From: an uncultured Acidimicrobiia bacterium
GTDB lineage: Bacteria; Actinomycetota; Acidimicrobiia; Acidimicrobiales; AC-14
Assembly (NCBI GenBank): GCA_963836205.1
Contig: CAWIIV010000024.1
Coordinates: 160,001 to 224,000 of the forward strand
Direction: 5' to 3'
DNA: 64,000 nucleotides
The notes beneath the pieces are model-generated. The model was not told the origin of the DNA, did no database searches, and saw nothing but the letters and a program-made list of their open reading frames with translations. Numbering within the stretch: the first letter of the stretch is position 1; every line of letters starts with the position of its first letter. Position numbers and translations under genes: made by a program. Shown here piece after piece: positions 1-8,102 of this stretch.

Positions 1-360
1 CTCGACCACGATCTGCTTGGCCGAGGCCCACGTGACGCACCCGTCGCACTCGATGTTGGTGGCCAGCCCCTCGTTGTGGGGAGCGAACGTCGACGGAGGC
101 TTGGTCACGAGGACAAGTTGGAAGGCGGCCGCGAGGGTCTGGCAGTCGGTGCACCTGGCCACTGCGTAGGCCCGGTTCTCCTCGTCGACGACGCCGTTGG
201 CCGCCTTCCGGTAGTCGACGCTCGCCCGGACCATGGCCCGGTTGTCCTTGCGGTTGACGGCGACGACGACGTTGTCGTCGCTGGCCCCGGCGGCGGAGGG
301 GGCGAGCACGACACTGGCGGCGATGACGGAGCTGAGAAGGGTCCGGGCCAGGCGGTTCAT
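1..360 (-). CDS. Sec-secreted protein with two CxxC-containing beta-repeats (partial, runs off the left edge; not in ORF track)
   Basis: Manual translation from ATG at 360 (AGGAG RBS upstream): MNRLARTLLSSVIAASVVLAPSAAGA/SDDNVVVAVNRKDNRAMVRASVDYRKAANGVVDEENRAYAVARCTDCQTLAAAFQLVLVTKPPSTFAPHNEGLATNIECDGCVTWASAKQIVVE...; signal peptide with an A-G-A cleavage site; open to position 1. Confidence 0.85.
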   Translation of the reverse strand, partial: MNRLARTLLSSVIAASVVLAPSAAGASDDNVVVAVNRKDNRAMVRASVDYRKAANGVVDEENRAYAVARCTDCQTLAAAFQLVLVTKPPSTFAPHNEGLATNIECDGCVTWASAKQIVVE

Positions 361-381
361 CGGCTTCTCCTTGGTGATCGG

Positions 382-2160
382 TTAGCTGGCGGTGGTGGTC
401 GGGGGGACGGATGTGGCGGACGACGGCTCGTCGTCGTCGGAGGCGGCCACGGTCGTGGTGGTAGACGGGGTGTCGTCGGTCGGGACGGTGGACTCGATGC
501 CGTCGTCGACTCCATCGGTGTCGCCCAGTGCGGGAGCGGGAGGGGGCTCGGGCTCGGTGGGGCCCTCGCTCAGGTCCCAGGCCTGGCTGGGAGCGCCGTC
601 GAACTCGGCCTCGGTGTCGGGGGTGAGGCCGGGACGCCCGGTGCCGACCTCCGAGACGGCCGCGACCGCATCGGCCACGGTGCCCCGCTCGCCGGGCTGG
701 ATCGGCCGGTACTCGCCGTTGGGCCACCAGGTGAAGGCCAGCGCGCCCGCCAACCCGATCGTCAGCAAGGCCAGCAGCGGCCGTCCCAACCGGACCTCGC
801 CCGCCCGCGACCAGCCCCACGAGCCCGCCTTGCGGCCGAAGCGGCTCAGCGCGTAGGCCGTACCAAGGACGGGCAGGGCGATGGCGATCACGCCCAGCAC
901 ACCGACGACGACCGTAAGCCACTTCCCGGAGTCGAGGGCCACGCCCACGGCGTGCCATTGGAGGCCCACCGAGTCCCACGCGGTGGCGATCATCCGGGGG
1001 GCCGAGATCACCACTGTCAGCAGGCTGAACAGCAGCAGGGGCACGACGGTGAGCACCCAGAGGACCACCACGAACCGCACCCACGGCTTCAGCACCGACG
1101 CCTCCTTGCCCACCCGGCGGCCGGGCACGAAGCCGAGGAGGGTGGGCTTGATGCGGGCGAACAGGTCGGGCACCCCAACCAGGTCGGAGAGGATGTGGTA
1201 GCCGTCCATGCGGATGAACGGCAGCAGCTGGTGCACCATCTGCAGGACCTGCACCGGGATCAGCAGGAGGAGGGCCTCCACGCCCGTGACGGCCCACGCC
1301 CCGAACGTGGCCAGGGCGAAGATGGCGTTGAAGTACAGGCCGCCGAGGTCGGTGCGCAGCCGACCCCGCCGGTCGAGGCGGTAGGCGTCGGTGACGTCGG
1401 TGTAGAAGGCCGGCCACACCAGGTAGAGGCCGCAGCCCATCGCTCCCGGGCGCCCGCCCGAGTAGCGGCAGGCGGCGGCGTGGCCGAACTCGTGGAACGA
1501 GGCCGAGGCGATGGTGAGGGCGAACGTGGCCAGCATGAGCCCCGGCGAATAGAGCAGCTGGCGGGCCCCGGCGCCGACACCCCTCGCCCCGATCACCCAC
1601 GCCACCACGGCCACGAACCCGACCACGACGGGGAGGACCACCCACGGCCGGAACAGGATGGCGAACGGGGCGGTGAGGCGGTTCGTCCACTGCTCGCTGG
1701 TGAGCTGGAGGCGCAGGCGGAGGGCGAGGAGCGGGTTGGCTTTCCGGACCTGCGGGTCACTCCCGTCGGGGCTCTTGACCAGCCCCGCCGGGCGGAGCTT
1801 CTCGACCACCAGATAGCGAACGTTGTCGGCGCTGACCCGCCGCCCGATGCGCTCCCCGAGGGCGGCCGCGATCCGGGACTCGTCGCGGTGGCCGTCGATC
1901 TGCTCGAGGGTGGCGAACAGGAGCGGGGTCAGCTGGATGGTCTGGCCGTCGGCCCGGCGGACGAGGCAGGGGGGCTCCTTGTAACCGGATGCCTCGTAGT
2001 CGCCGATGAGCTCGACGCCCGTGGCCAGGCGGGGAACGTCGCCCCCGGCGCCGTCCCCAGCCGCGGGTGCGGTCCCGTTCTCGGCCGGCCTCCGATCGGG
2101 CCGGCGGCCCCGCCCCCGGACCCGGGGGATGCGCCGGGTGTCGTCCAGCTGTTGGGCCAT
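382..2160 (-). CDS. M50 (site-2/YydH-like) membrane zinc metallopeptidase with N-terminal PqqD/RRE-like domain and acidic Thr/Pro-rich tail
   Basis: HEFGH zinc motif, GLYLVWPAFYTDVTDAY, LLPFIRMDGY third-ligand motif, multiple TM helices; N-terminal LVRRADGQTIQLTPLLFATLEQIDGHR...IAAAL...LRPAGL segment has a PqqD/RRE-like pattern. Confidence 0.85.
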   Translation of the reverse strand: MAQQLDDTRRIPRVRGRGRRPDRRPAENGTAPAAGDGAGGDVPRLATGVELIGDYEASGYKEPPCLVRRADGQTIQLTPLLFATLEQIDGHRDESRIAAALGERIGRRVSADNVRYLVVEKLRPAGLVKSPDGSDPQVRKANPLLALRLRLQLTSEQWTNRLTAPFAILFRPWVVLPVVVGFVAVVAWVIGARGVGAGARQLLYSPGLMLATFALTIASASFHEFGHAAACRYSGGRPGAMGCGLYLVWPAFYTDVTDAYRLDRRGRLRTDLGGLYFNAIFALATFGAWAVTGVEALLLLIPVQVLQMVHQLLPFIRMDGYHILSDLVGVPDLFARIKPTLLGFVPGRRVGKEASVLKPWVRFVVVLWVLTVVPLLLFSLLTVVISAPRMIATAWDSVGLQWHAVGVALDSGKWLTVVVGVLGVIAIALPVLGTAYALSRFGRKAGSWGWSRAGEVRLGRPLLALLTIGLAGALAFTWWPNGEYRPIQPGERGTVADAVAAVSEVGTGRPGLTPDTEAEFDGAPSQAWDLSEGPTEPEPPPAPALGDTDGVDDGIESTVPTDDTPSTTTTVAASDDDEPSSATSVPPTTTAS

Positions 2161-2202
2161 GGCCAGGTCCGGGTCGGAGGCGGTGTCGCGGGGCGGTCAG
2201 CC

Positions 2203-2589
2203 TCAGCCGGCGACCGCGCCACCGCCCGACTGGTCGAGGTCGGCGTTCTGGGTGGCGTTGGCCACGGCCGTGCCGTCGAGGTCCTGGGAGATGATCGAGT
2301 CCTGGTCGGCCAGGGCGCCCGCCTCGGAGTCGACCGAGAGGACGTTGGCGCTGACGGCGGCGTCGATGGGCGCGGCCACGTTGGCGTTGGCCGCCACCGC
2401 GGCGTCGATGGGAGCGGCGACGTCGGCGTCGACGGCGAGGTCGACGTCGACGTTCAGCAGGGACGTCCCCAGCAGGGCCGACGGGTCGAGGGCATCGCCC
2501 AGCACCGACATCGCTTCCCGGTCGGGCACAGCGGTGACGTCCTGGGACTCGAGCTCGGCGTCGGTGATGCCGGCGGTTGCTTCCTTCAT
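2203..2589 (-). CDS. Leader-bearing small acidic beta-repeat protein (precursor 1, 128 aa)
   Basis: AGGAG RBS; leader ...TDAELESQDVTAVPDREAMS; core with AAPIDAAVAAN repeats and ADQDSIISQ. Confidence 0.85.
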   Translation of the reverse strand: MKEATAGITDAELESQDVTAVPDREAMSVLGDALDPSALLGTSLLNVDVDLAVDADVAAPIDAAVAANANVAAPIDAAVSANVLSVDSEAGALADQDSIISQDLDGTAVANATQNADLDQSGGGAVAG

Positions 2590-2616
2590 GGCGTTCTCCT
2601 CGGAAATTCGGGCGAG

Positions 2617-2976
2617 CTACTGGTTGACGGTCGCGTCCTGGTTGGCGTTGGCGACGGCCGTGCCGTCGAGGTCCTGGACGATGATCGAGTCCTGGTCGGC
2701 CACGGCGGTGGCCTCCGACCCGACCGAGCCGATGTTGGCGGCCACGGCCGCGTCGATGGGGGCGGCCACGTTGGCGTTGGCCGCCACCGCGGCGTCGACC
2801 GGTGCGGCCAGGTCGAGGGCGAGGTCGAGATTGAGGTTGAGGTCGAGCAGCGACATCGCCTCCCGGTCGGGGAGGGCGGCGGCGCGCTCGGCGTCCATCT
2901 CGTCCAGCGACAGTTCGGGCTCGTCTAGCGACAGTTCGGGCTCGTCCAGCGACAGTTCGGGCTTCTGGGTGGTCAT
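2617..2976 (-). CDS. Leader-bearing small acidic beta-repeat protein (precursor 2, 119 aa)
   Basis: AGGAG RBS overlapping the upstream TAG; leader ...LSLDEMDAERAAALPDREAMS; paralogous to 2203-2589. Confidence 0.85.
   Translation of the reverse strand: MTTQKPELSLDEPELSLDEPELSLDEMDAERAAALPDREAMSLLDLNLNLDLALDLAAPVDAAVAANANVAAPIDAAVAANIGSVGSEATAVADQDSIIVQDLDGTAVANANQDATVNQ
2899..2961 (-). repeat. 3 x 21-bp in-frame tandem repeat (PELSLDE) in the precursor 2 leader
   Basis: ctcgtc(c/t)agcgacagttcggg at 2899, 2920 and 2941. Confidence 0.95.
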
Positions 2977-2987
2977 GTTCGGTTCTC

Positions 2988-3218
2988 CTAGTCCTCGTCC
3001 ACCTGGGTGATGATCACGATCTGGTCGGCGTCGGCGACGGCGACCGAGTTGGTGGATGCGATGTTCATGGCGGTCGCCTCGTTGATCGGCATGGCGAAGT
3101 TGTCGATCCCCAGGCCCGACCCGAGGTCGACCTTCGACATGGCCTGCCGCTCGGGCAAGGCCAACGCCTCCTCCGCTTCGAGGTCCTCGAGACTCAGTTC
3201 GTGGGCGCCGTTCGTCAC
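2988..3218 (-). CDS. Leader-bearing small acidic beta-repeat protein (precursor 3, 76 aa)
   Basis: GTG start with GGGAG RBS; leader ELSLEDLEAEEALALPERQAMS; single repeat PINEATAMNIASTNSVAVADADQIVIITQ. Confidence 0.8.
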   Translation of the reverse strand: MTNGAHELSLEDLEAEEALALPERQAMSKVDLGSGLGIDNFAMPINEATAMNIASTNSVAVADADQIVIITQVDED

Positions 3219-3258
3219 AGGTGCTCCCTTCGTGATCCCCGCCGTGCTGGCCGGTTTC

Positions 3259-3285
3259 CTACCCCCGTGGGCGCGGTCGAAAAAC
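3259..3285 (-). promoter_or_regulatory. SigF/SigB-type stress-sigma promoter for the precursor operon
   Basis: Minus strand GTTT (3285-3282)-N17-GGGTAG (3264-3259), about 40 nt upstream of the first precursor; matches the GTTT-N15-17-GGGTA consensus. Confidence 0.65.
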
Positions 3286-3331
3286 GCTTCGCGTCAGCAA
3301 TCGACCACCGGCGGGCGCCGGCGGGCGTCGG

Positions 3332-4345
3332 TCAGCCGGCGGGGAAGGAGGCCGCGATCTCGTCGTCCCACGTCACGTCGGTGGCGATCACGTCGGTGCG
3401 CAGGCCCTTGATCGACGGCTGGCGGAGGGTTCCGCCGTCGGTCACCTCGGTGTAGGCGACCTCGACCACGAGCAGCGGGCGGACCCAGTGGAGGGGGGCC
3501 CGGGGCGGGTTCACGAACGGTGACGACTCCACCTCGATCTGGGCGAAGAGCCGGGTGAGCTGGCGGATCATGTCCTCGTTGAGCCCGGAGCCGGCCTGGC
3601 CGGTGTAGAAGAGACGTTGCGGGCGGCCGGCGGCGTCGGCCTCCTCGGAGGCGACGTCGTACACGCCCAGGGCCAGCGAGCCGATGCTTGTCTCCCTCGA
3701 CCCGCTGCCGGTCGACCACCCGCCGACCACGAACTCGCGCCGCCGGCCGCACTTGACCTTTGACCAGGCGGTGGACCGCCTCCCGGGCAGGTAGGGGGCG
3801 TCGACCCGCTTGGCCATGAAGCCCTCCAGGCCGGCCTGGCGGCAGGCATCGATCAGCTCGGCGGGCGTGGCGTCGAGGACGGGGGCCGTCTGCCAGGCCC
3901 GGCCCTTGATGGCGAGCCCGTCGAGGATGCGCCGCCGCTCCGACTGCGGCCGGTCGACGAGCAGTTCGCCGTCGAGCCAGATGACGTCGAAGGCCACGAA
4001 CGAAACGGGCGTGTCGACCAGGAGGCGAGCGCTCGGCTGGACGACGTGCATCCGCCGCTGCAACCGCTGGAAGCTCGTCTGCCCCCTCTCGTTGAACGCC
4101 ACCACCTCCCCGTCGAGGACGGCCCGGTGGGGGTCGAGGGCGGCCGCCAGGCCCTCGACCTCGGGGAAGGTGGCGGTGGCCTCCAGGCCCCGCCGGTTGG
4201 TGAGGGTGACGTGGCCGCCGTCGACGGTGGCGATGATGCGCTGGCCGTCGAGCTTGGGCTCGAACATCCAGCCGTCGGGGTTCGCCGGGGCGCCGGTGCC
4301 GCCGGCGAGCATCGGGAGCAGGTGCGGCGGCGGGTCGTCCGGCAT
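3332..4345 (-). CDS. ligD: ATP-dependent DNA ligase, stand-alone LigD ligase domain (NHEJ)
   Basis: EPKLDGQR motif I, LDGEVV, EGFMAKR, WSKVK, VVEVAY...LRQPSIKGLRTD. Confidence 0.85.
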   Translation of the reverse strand: MPDDPPPHLLPMLAGGTGAPANPDGWMFEPKLDGQRIIATVDGGHVTLTNRRGLEATATFPEVEGLAAALDPHRAVLDGEVVAFNERGQTSFQRLQRRMHVVQPSARLLVDTPVSFVAFDVIWLDGELLVDRPQSERRRILDGLAIKGRAWQTAPVLDATPAELIDACRQAGLEGFMAKRVDAPYLPGRRSTAWSKVKCGRRREFVVGGWSTGSGSRETSIGSLALGVYDVASEEADAAGRPQRLFYTGQAGSGLNEDMIRQLTRLFAQIEVESSPFVNPPRAPLHWVRPLLVVEVAYTEVTDGGTLRQPSIKGLRTDVIATDVTWDDEIAASFPAG

Positions 4346-4461
4346 CGGGCCGGCTCAGGCCGCGGCGGCGGCGGCGGTGGCGGTGTCGGCCCGGACGGGC
4401 GCCGTGTTGGGCACCGGTCGACGGTATCCCGGATGTCCGCCTCGCTACGCTCCGCAGCGGG

Positions 4462-6390
4462 ATGACGGGAGCCGGACGATGCCGCGCCGGGATGGTGGCC
4501 GTCCTCGTCGCCGGCGGGTTCCTGGGGCCGGCACCGGCGGCGGGGGCCGCCCCCGGAAAGGCCATCCTCCCGGTGGCGCTGGTCCTGGTGGCCGACCTCA
4601 CGTGGGCGACGGCTCCGCCAGCGATCGACGGCTACGCCCGGGCCAGCCTCTCGCTGCGCACCGCCGACGCCAAGCCGACCGCGGCCGACGTCTACCTCAC
4701 CCTGGGCAAGGGCGCCCGGTCGGGCGCGCCCGCGGCCGACGTGGCGGCCGTGGATCGGCTGGAACCCGTCCCTGGAGGCGGCGTGCGGCTGGCCGACTGG
4801 GCGTCGCTCCAGGATCACGACCGGGGGCTGCGCTACGGCGGTGCTCTGGGCTCGGTCGGCGGCGCCCTGGGTGACGCCGGCCGGCGGTGGGCCCTGGCCG
4901 GCGGCGGTGGGGCGGCGGCGGCCGTCGTGGCCGACACCGACGGTGTCCTCCCGCCGACCTACCCGGGCACACCTGCGGGCGTTGAGGCGGCGCTCGCGAC
5001 CGGTCTCGACGCCCTCGTGGTGGCCATCCCGGCCGACCGGCTGCTCGAGACGCTCCAAGTCCTCGACGGCGGGTGCACGCTCGTGGCCAGCGCGTCGACG
5101 CCCGACCAGGGCCGGCACCTCGGCGTCCTCGCCGCATCCCCCCGGTGCGGGTTGGGCACCGCCGGCCTCGGTTCCCCCTCGACCCACGACGCCCACCTGG
5201 CCACCCTGCCCGACGTGAGCCGGACGTTCCTCCACCTGGTGGGCGTGATCCCGCCGGCTTCGGTCGGCGGCGCCGTCGTCGAACCGACCTCCGCCATCGG
5301 TCGTCAGACCCTGGTCGAGCGAGACCGGAAGACGTGGACGTCGGACCGTTCGCGCACCGCCTTCGTGTGGCTGTTCGTCCTCCTCCACCTGGTGGGGGCG
5401 GTGGTGGCCGTGCGCCGGCGGCGGGCCCGGACGGTGGTCGCCTGCGTCCTCATGGCGATCCCGCCGGCCAGCCTGCTCATGATGATCGTCCCCTGGTGGC
5501 GGGGAGGGGCGGGGGCCGGGCTGGCGGTCGGTGGACTGGTGTCGGCGGTGATCGCGGCCGGGGGCCTGGCCGTCGCCCGGCGCGGCCCGGCCCTCGCCGT
5601 GGGCGCCCTGGCCGCCCTGACCGCGGCGGTGGTGGCGGTGGACGCCCTGTTCGCCAGCCCCCTCCAGGTCGACGCCCCCTTCGGCAACTCGCCGGTGGTG
5701 GCGGGGCGCTTCTTCGGCGTCGGGAACATCGGTTCCGGGTTCCTCGCCGCCGGACTGATCGTTGCCGGTGCCCTGGCCATCGACCGGTGGGGCCGGCGGG
5801 CGATCCCGTGGGTGGCGGGGGCGCTGTTCGCAGGCGTGGTGGCCGGGGGCGCCCCCCAGTTCGGGGCCGATGTGGGCGGCATTCTCTTCGCCGTGCCCGC
5901 CTACGGGGTGGTGCTCCTCGGTGCCAAACGGGCGCGGGTGACCCTGCGCCACGTGCTGCTGCTCGGCGCGGCCGCGGTGGTGGCGGTGGCCCTGTTCGCC
6001 GCCGTCGACCTGGCCCGGGACGCAGGCTCGCAGACCCACCTGGCCAAGGGGGTCGCCGGCCACGGGCTGGGCGACGAGATCGTGCGCAAGGCCACCCGGG
6101 CCGTCCAGACGATCAAGGCGCCGATGGCCAACCTGGTGGTCATCTCGGCCGCCGCCCTGATCTTGACCCGGTGGTCGCCCCGGTCCCGGCCCGCCCTCCG
6201 GTTCGGGGCCTACGCGGTCCTGGTCGCGGCGGTGTTGGGCTCGCTCCTGAACGACTCCGGCCTGAACGTGGCCGCCGCCGTCCTCGCGGTGGCCTGGCCG
6301 GCGGCGTTGGTGGTCGGCGCGGCGGCGGCCGCGCCCGCGCCGAAGGACCCGCGCCCGTGGCCCCCCGACCGCGCGCCGGTTGCCGCGTGA
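4462..6390 (+). CDS. Large membrane protein with extracytoplasmic N-terminal domain and multi-TM C-terminus
   Basis: Signal-like N-terminus, about 10 hydrophobic helices, motifs RFFGVGN, GADVGG and LNDSG; start may be 4492. Confidence 0.7.
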   Translation: MTGAGRCRAGMVAVLVAGGFLGPAPAAGAAPGKAILPVALVLVADLTWATAPPAIDGYARASLSLRTADAKPTAADVYLTLGKGARSGAPAADVAAVDRLEPVPGGGVRLADWASLQDHDRGLRYGGALGSVGGALGDAGRRWALAGGGGAAAAVVADTDGVLPPTYPGTPAGVEAALATGLDALVVAIPADRLLETLQVLDGGCTLVASASTPDQGRHLGVLAASPRCGLGTAGLGSPSTHDAHLATLPDVSRTFLHLVGVIPPASVGGAVVEPTSAIGRQTLVERDRKTWTSDRSRTAFVWLFVLLHLVGAVVAVRRRRARTVVACVLMAIPPASLLMMIVPWWRGGAGAGLAVGGLVSAVIAAGGLAVARRGPALAVGALAALTAAVVAVDALFASPLQVDAPFGNSPVVAGRFFGVGNIGSGFLAAGLIVAGALAIDRWGRRAIPWVAGALFAGVVAGGAPQFGADVGGILFAVPAYGVVLLGAKRARVTLRHVLLLGAAAVVAVALFAAVDLARDAGSQTHLAKGVAGHGLGDEIVRKATRAVQTIKAPMANLVVISAAALILTRWSPRSRPALRFGAYAVLVAAVLGSLLNDSGLNVAAAVLAVAWPAALVVGAAAAAPAPKDPRPWPPDRAPVAA

Positions 6391-7835
6391 GCGTCGTCCG
6401 CCGGCCGGCGCCGACCACCAGCGACCGCCGGTGGGCGGTGCGCCTGGCGGTGGGCTTCGCCGCCGCCGCCCTCCTGCTCCACGTCCCCGGCCTGGTCGGG
6501 CGCCTGTTCAACTCCGACGAGGCCAGCCTGGCCACCATGGCCATGGAGATCCAGCGGGGCGGCACCCTCTACCACGAGACCGCCGACCGCAAGCCGCCGG
6601 CGGTCCCCTACCTGTACGCCCTGGTCTTCGACGCCACCGGCCGGCGCGACATCCGCCCGGTGCGCGCCCTCGCGTCCCTGGTGCTCGCGGGAACCGCCCT
6701 CCTCCTGGCCCTGGAGGCGAAGCGCCGCACCGGCAGCCGCACCGCGGCCGTCGCCGCCGGCGTGTTCCTCCTGGCCGGCACGGCGGCCAACTTCCCGGCC
6801 GACTCCCAGGCCGCCGGCTTCGAGATGTTCATGCTCCTGCCCATGACCGCGGCGGTGGTGGCCGCCGGGCGGGGGAAGGCGGTCCTGGCCGGGCTGGGCC
6901 TGGCCCTGGCCTGCCTGTGCAAGCAGACCGCGTTCCTCACCGCCCTGCCGGTGGCGTTCCTGCTGTACCGGGCGGGCGGGTGGCAGGCGGTGGCACGCGC
7001 AGCCATCGCCGCGGCCGGGGTGGTGGGGGTCACGGCCGCCTTCTTCGGCCCCCGGGACTTCCTCCTGTGGACGGTCACCGGCAACGGTGGCTACCTGGCC
7101 CTCCGGGGCTCGCTGTTGGCATCTGTCCTCAGGGGCGTGGGGATGACCACCGCCTTCGTGGTCCTGAACGGGGTGGTGATCTGGTGCTGCGTGGTCGCCC
7201 ACCGCCGGGGGGCGGTCGACTGGGACCTGTGGCTGTGGCTGGCCGGGGGAGCGGTGGCGGTGCTGGCCGGGTTCCGGTTCTTCGGGCACTACTACCTGCA
7301 GCTCGTCCCACCCCTGGCCCTCATCGGGGCCAGGGGCCTGCCCGCGGTGGCCAGGCACTGGCGGAGGGCGGCCGCGGGCCTGGCCCTGCCGGTGGTGGGG
7401 ATGTGGCTGTTCAGCTTCTCGCCGCCCAACTCCCGGGGCATCATCCCCTACCGCGCCGTCGCCGAACGGGTCCGGGAGCTGACCACGCCCGCCGACCGCA
7501 TCTTCGTGTGGGGCGAGTACCCCGAGATCTACTGGGCCGCCAACCGGGAACCGGCCACCCGCTTCATCCACACCGGGTTCGTCACCGGGAACTCCGGGGG
7601 CCGCGACGCGACGGCGGTGGAGGAGTCCGACGGGGTGCCCGGGGCGTGGGAGTTCCTGGCGGCCGACATCGCGGCCACGCCCCCCGACCTCATCGTCGAC
7701 ACCGGCCCGGCGTCGATCCGCAAGTCCGATCTCCACCCCCTCGAGGAGACCTTCCTGTGGGACGAGGTCGTCCGCCGGTACCGGCTGGTCGACGTGGTCG
7801 ACGGCGTCCGCCTGTACCTGCGCATCAATCCCTGA
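6387..7835 (+). CDS. Glycosyltransferase family 39 / ArnT-like (GT-C) membrane protein
   Basis: GTGA overlap with the upstream stop; NSDEA, DRKPP, CKQ and HYYLQ motifs; many TMs; C-terminal part of ORF 5073..7835. Confidence 0.75.
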   Translation: MSVVRRPAPTTSDRRWAVRLAVGFAAAALLLHVPGLVGRLFNSDEASLATMAMEIQRGGTLYHETADRKPPAVPYLYALVFDATGRRDIRPVRALASLVLAGTALLLALEAKRRTGSRTAAVAAGVFLLAGTAANFPADSQAAGFEMFMLLPMTAAVVAAGRGKAVLAGLGLALACLCKQTAFLTALPVAFLLYRAGGWQAVARAAIAAAGVVGVTAAFFGPRDFLLWTVTGNGGYLALRGSLLASVLRGVGMTTAFVVLNGVVIWCCVVAHRRGAVDWDLWLWLAGGAVAVLAGFRFFGHYYLQLVPPLALIGARGLPAVARHWRRAAAGLALPVVGMWLFSFSPPNSRGIIPYRAVAERVRELTTPADRIFVWGEYPEIYWAANREPATRFIHTGFVTGNSGGRDATAVEESDGVPGAWEFLAADIAATPPDLIVDTGPASIRKSDLHPLEETFLWDEVVRRYRLVDVVDGVRLYLRINP

Positions 7836-8102
7836 CCGGCCGCCTGCGCCCAAACGGGGGCGCTACCACCATTGATCCGACTGCCCCCGGACTGGTCCAA
7901 TCGACCGTGCAAGGCGGACGAGGCCAGCACGAGCGAAGCGAAGAGGCGGGGAACCGATGGCGGACACCAGGCAGCGATCTGCGCACCGGCGCGGTGGTGA
8001 CGGGTCCCGCCCGGCGCCGATCCTCGTCCTCCTTGCCCACGACACGCCGGCCGCGCCGCCCCACGGCGTTCGCTCCCCGGCATTCGCACCTCGGAAGGGA
8101 AC

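Noticed and set aside
76-2928. 950-aa plus-strand ORF, and similar long ORFs (3853-6063, 17028-19502, 37412-40969, 40602-43259, 43693-46176)
   Set aside because: Antisense or off-frame shadows of real genes in high-GC DNA; Arg/Gly/Pro-rich with no recognisable motifs.
2203-3218. Lasso peptide, lanthipeptide or daptide precursors
   Set aside because: No cyclase, dehydratase, aminotransferase or radical-SAM gene in view; cores have no Cys and no C-terminal Thr, and are unusually long and repetitive. Enzymes beyond the left edge cannot be excluded.
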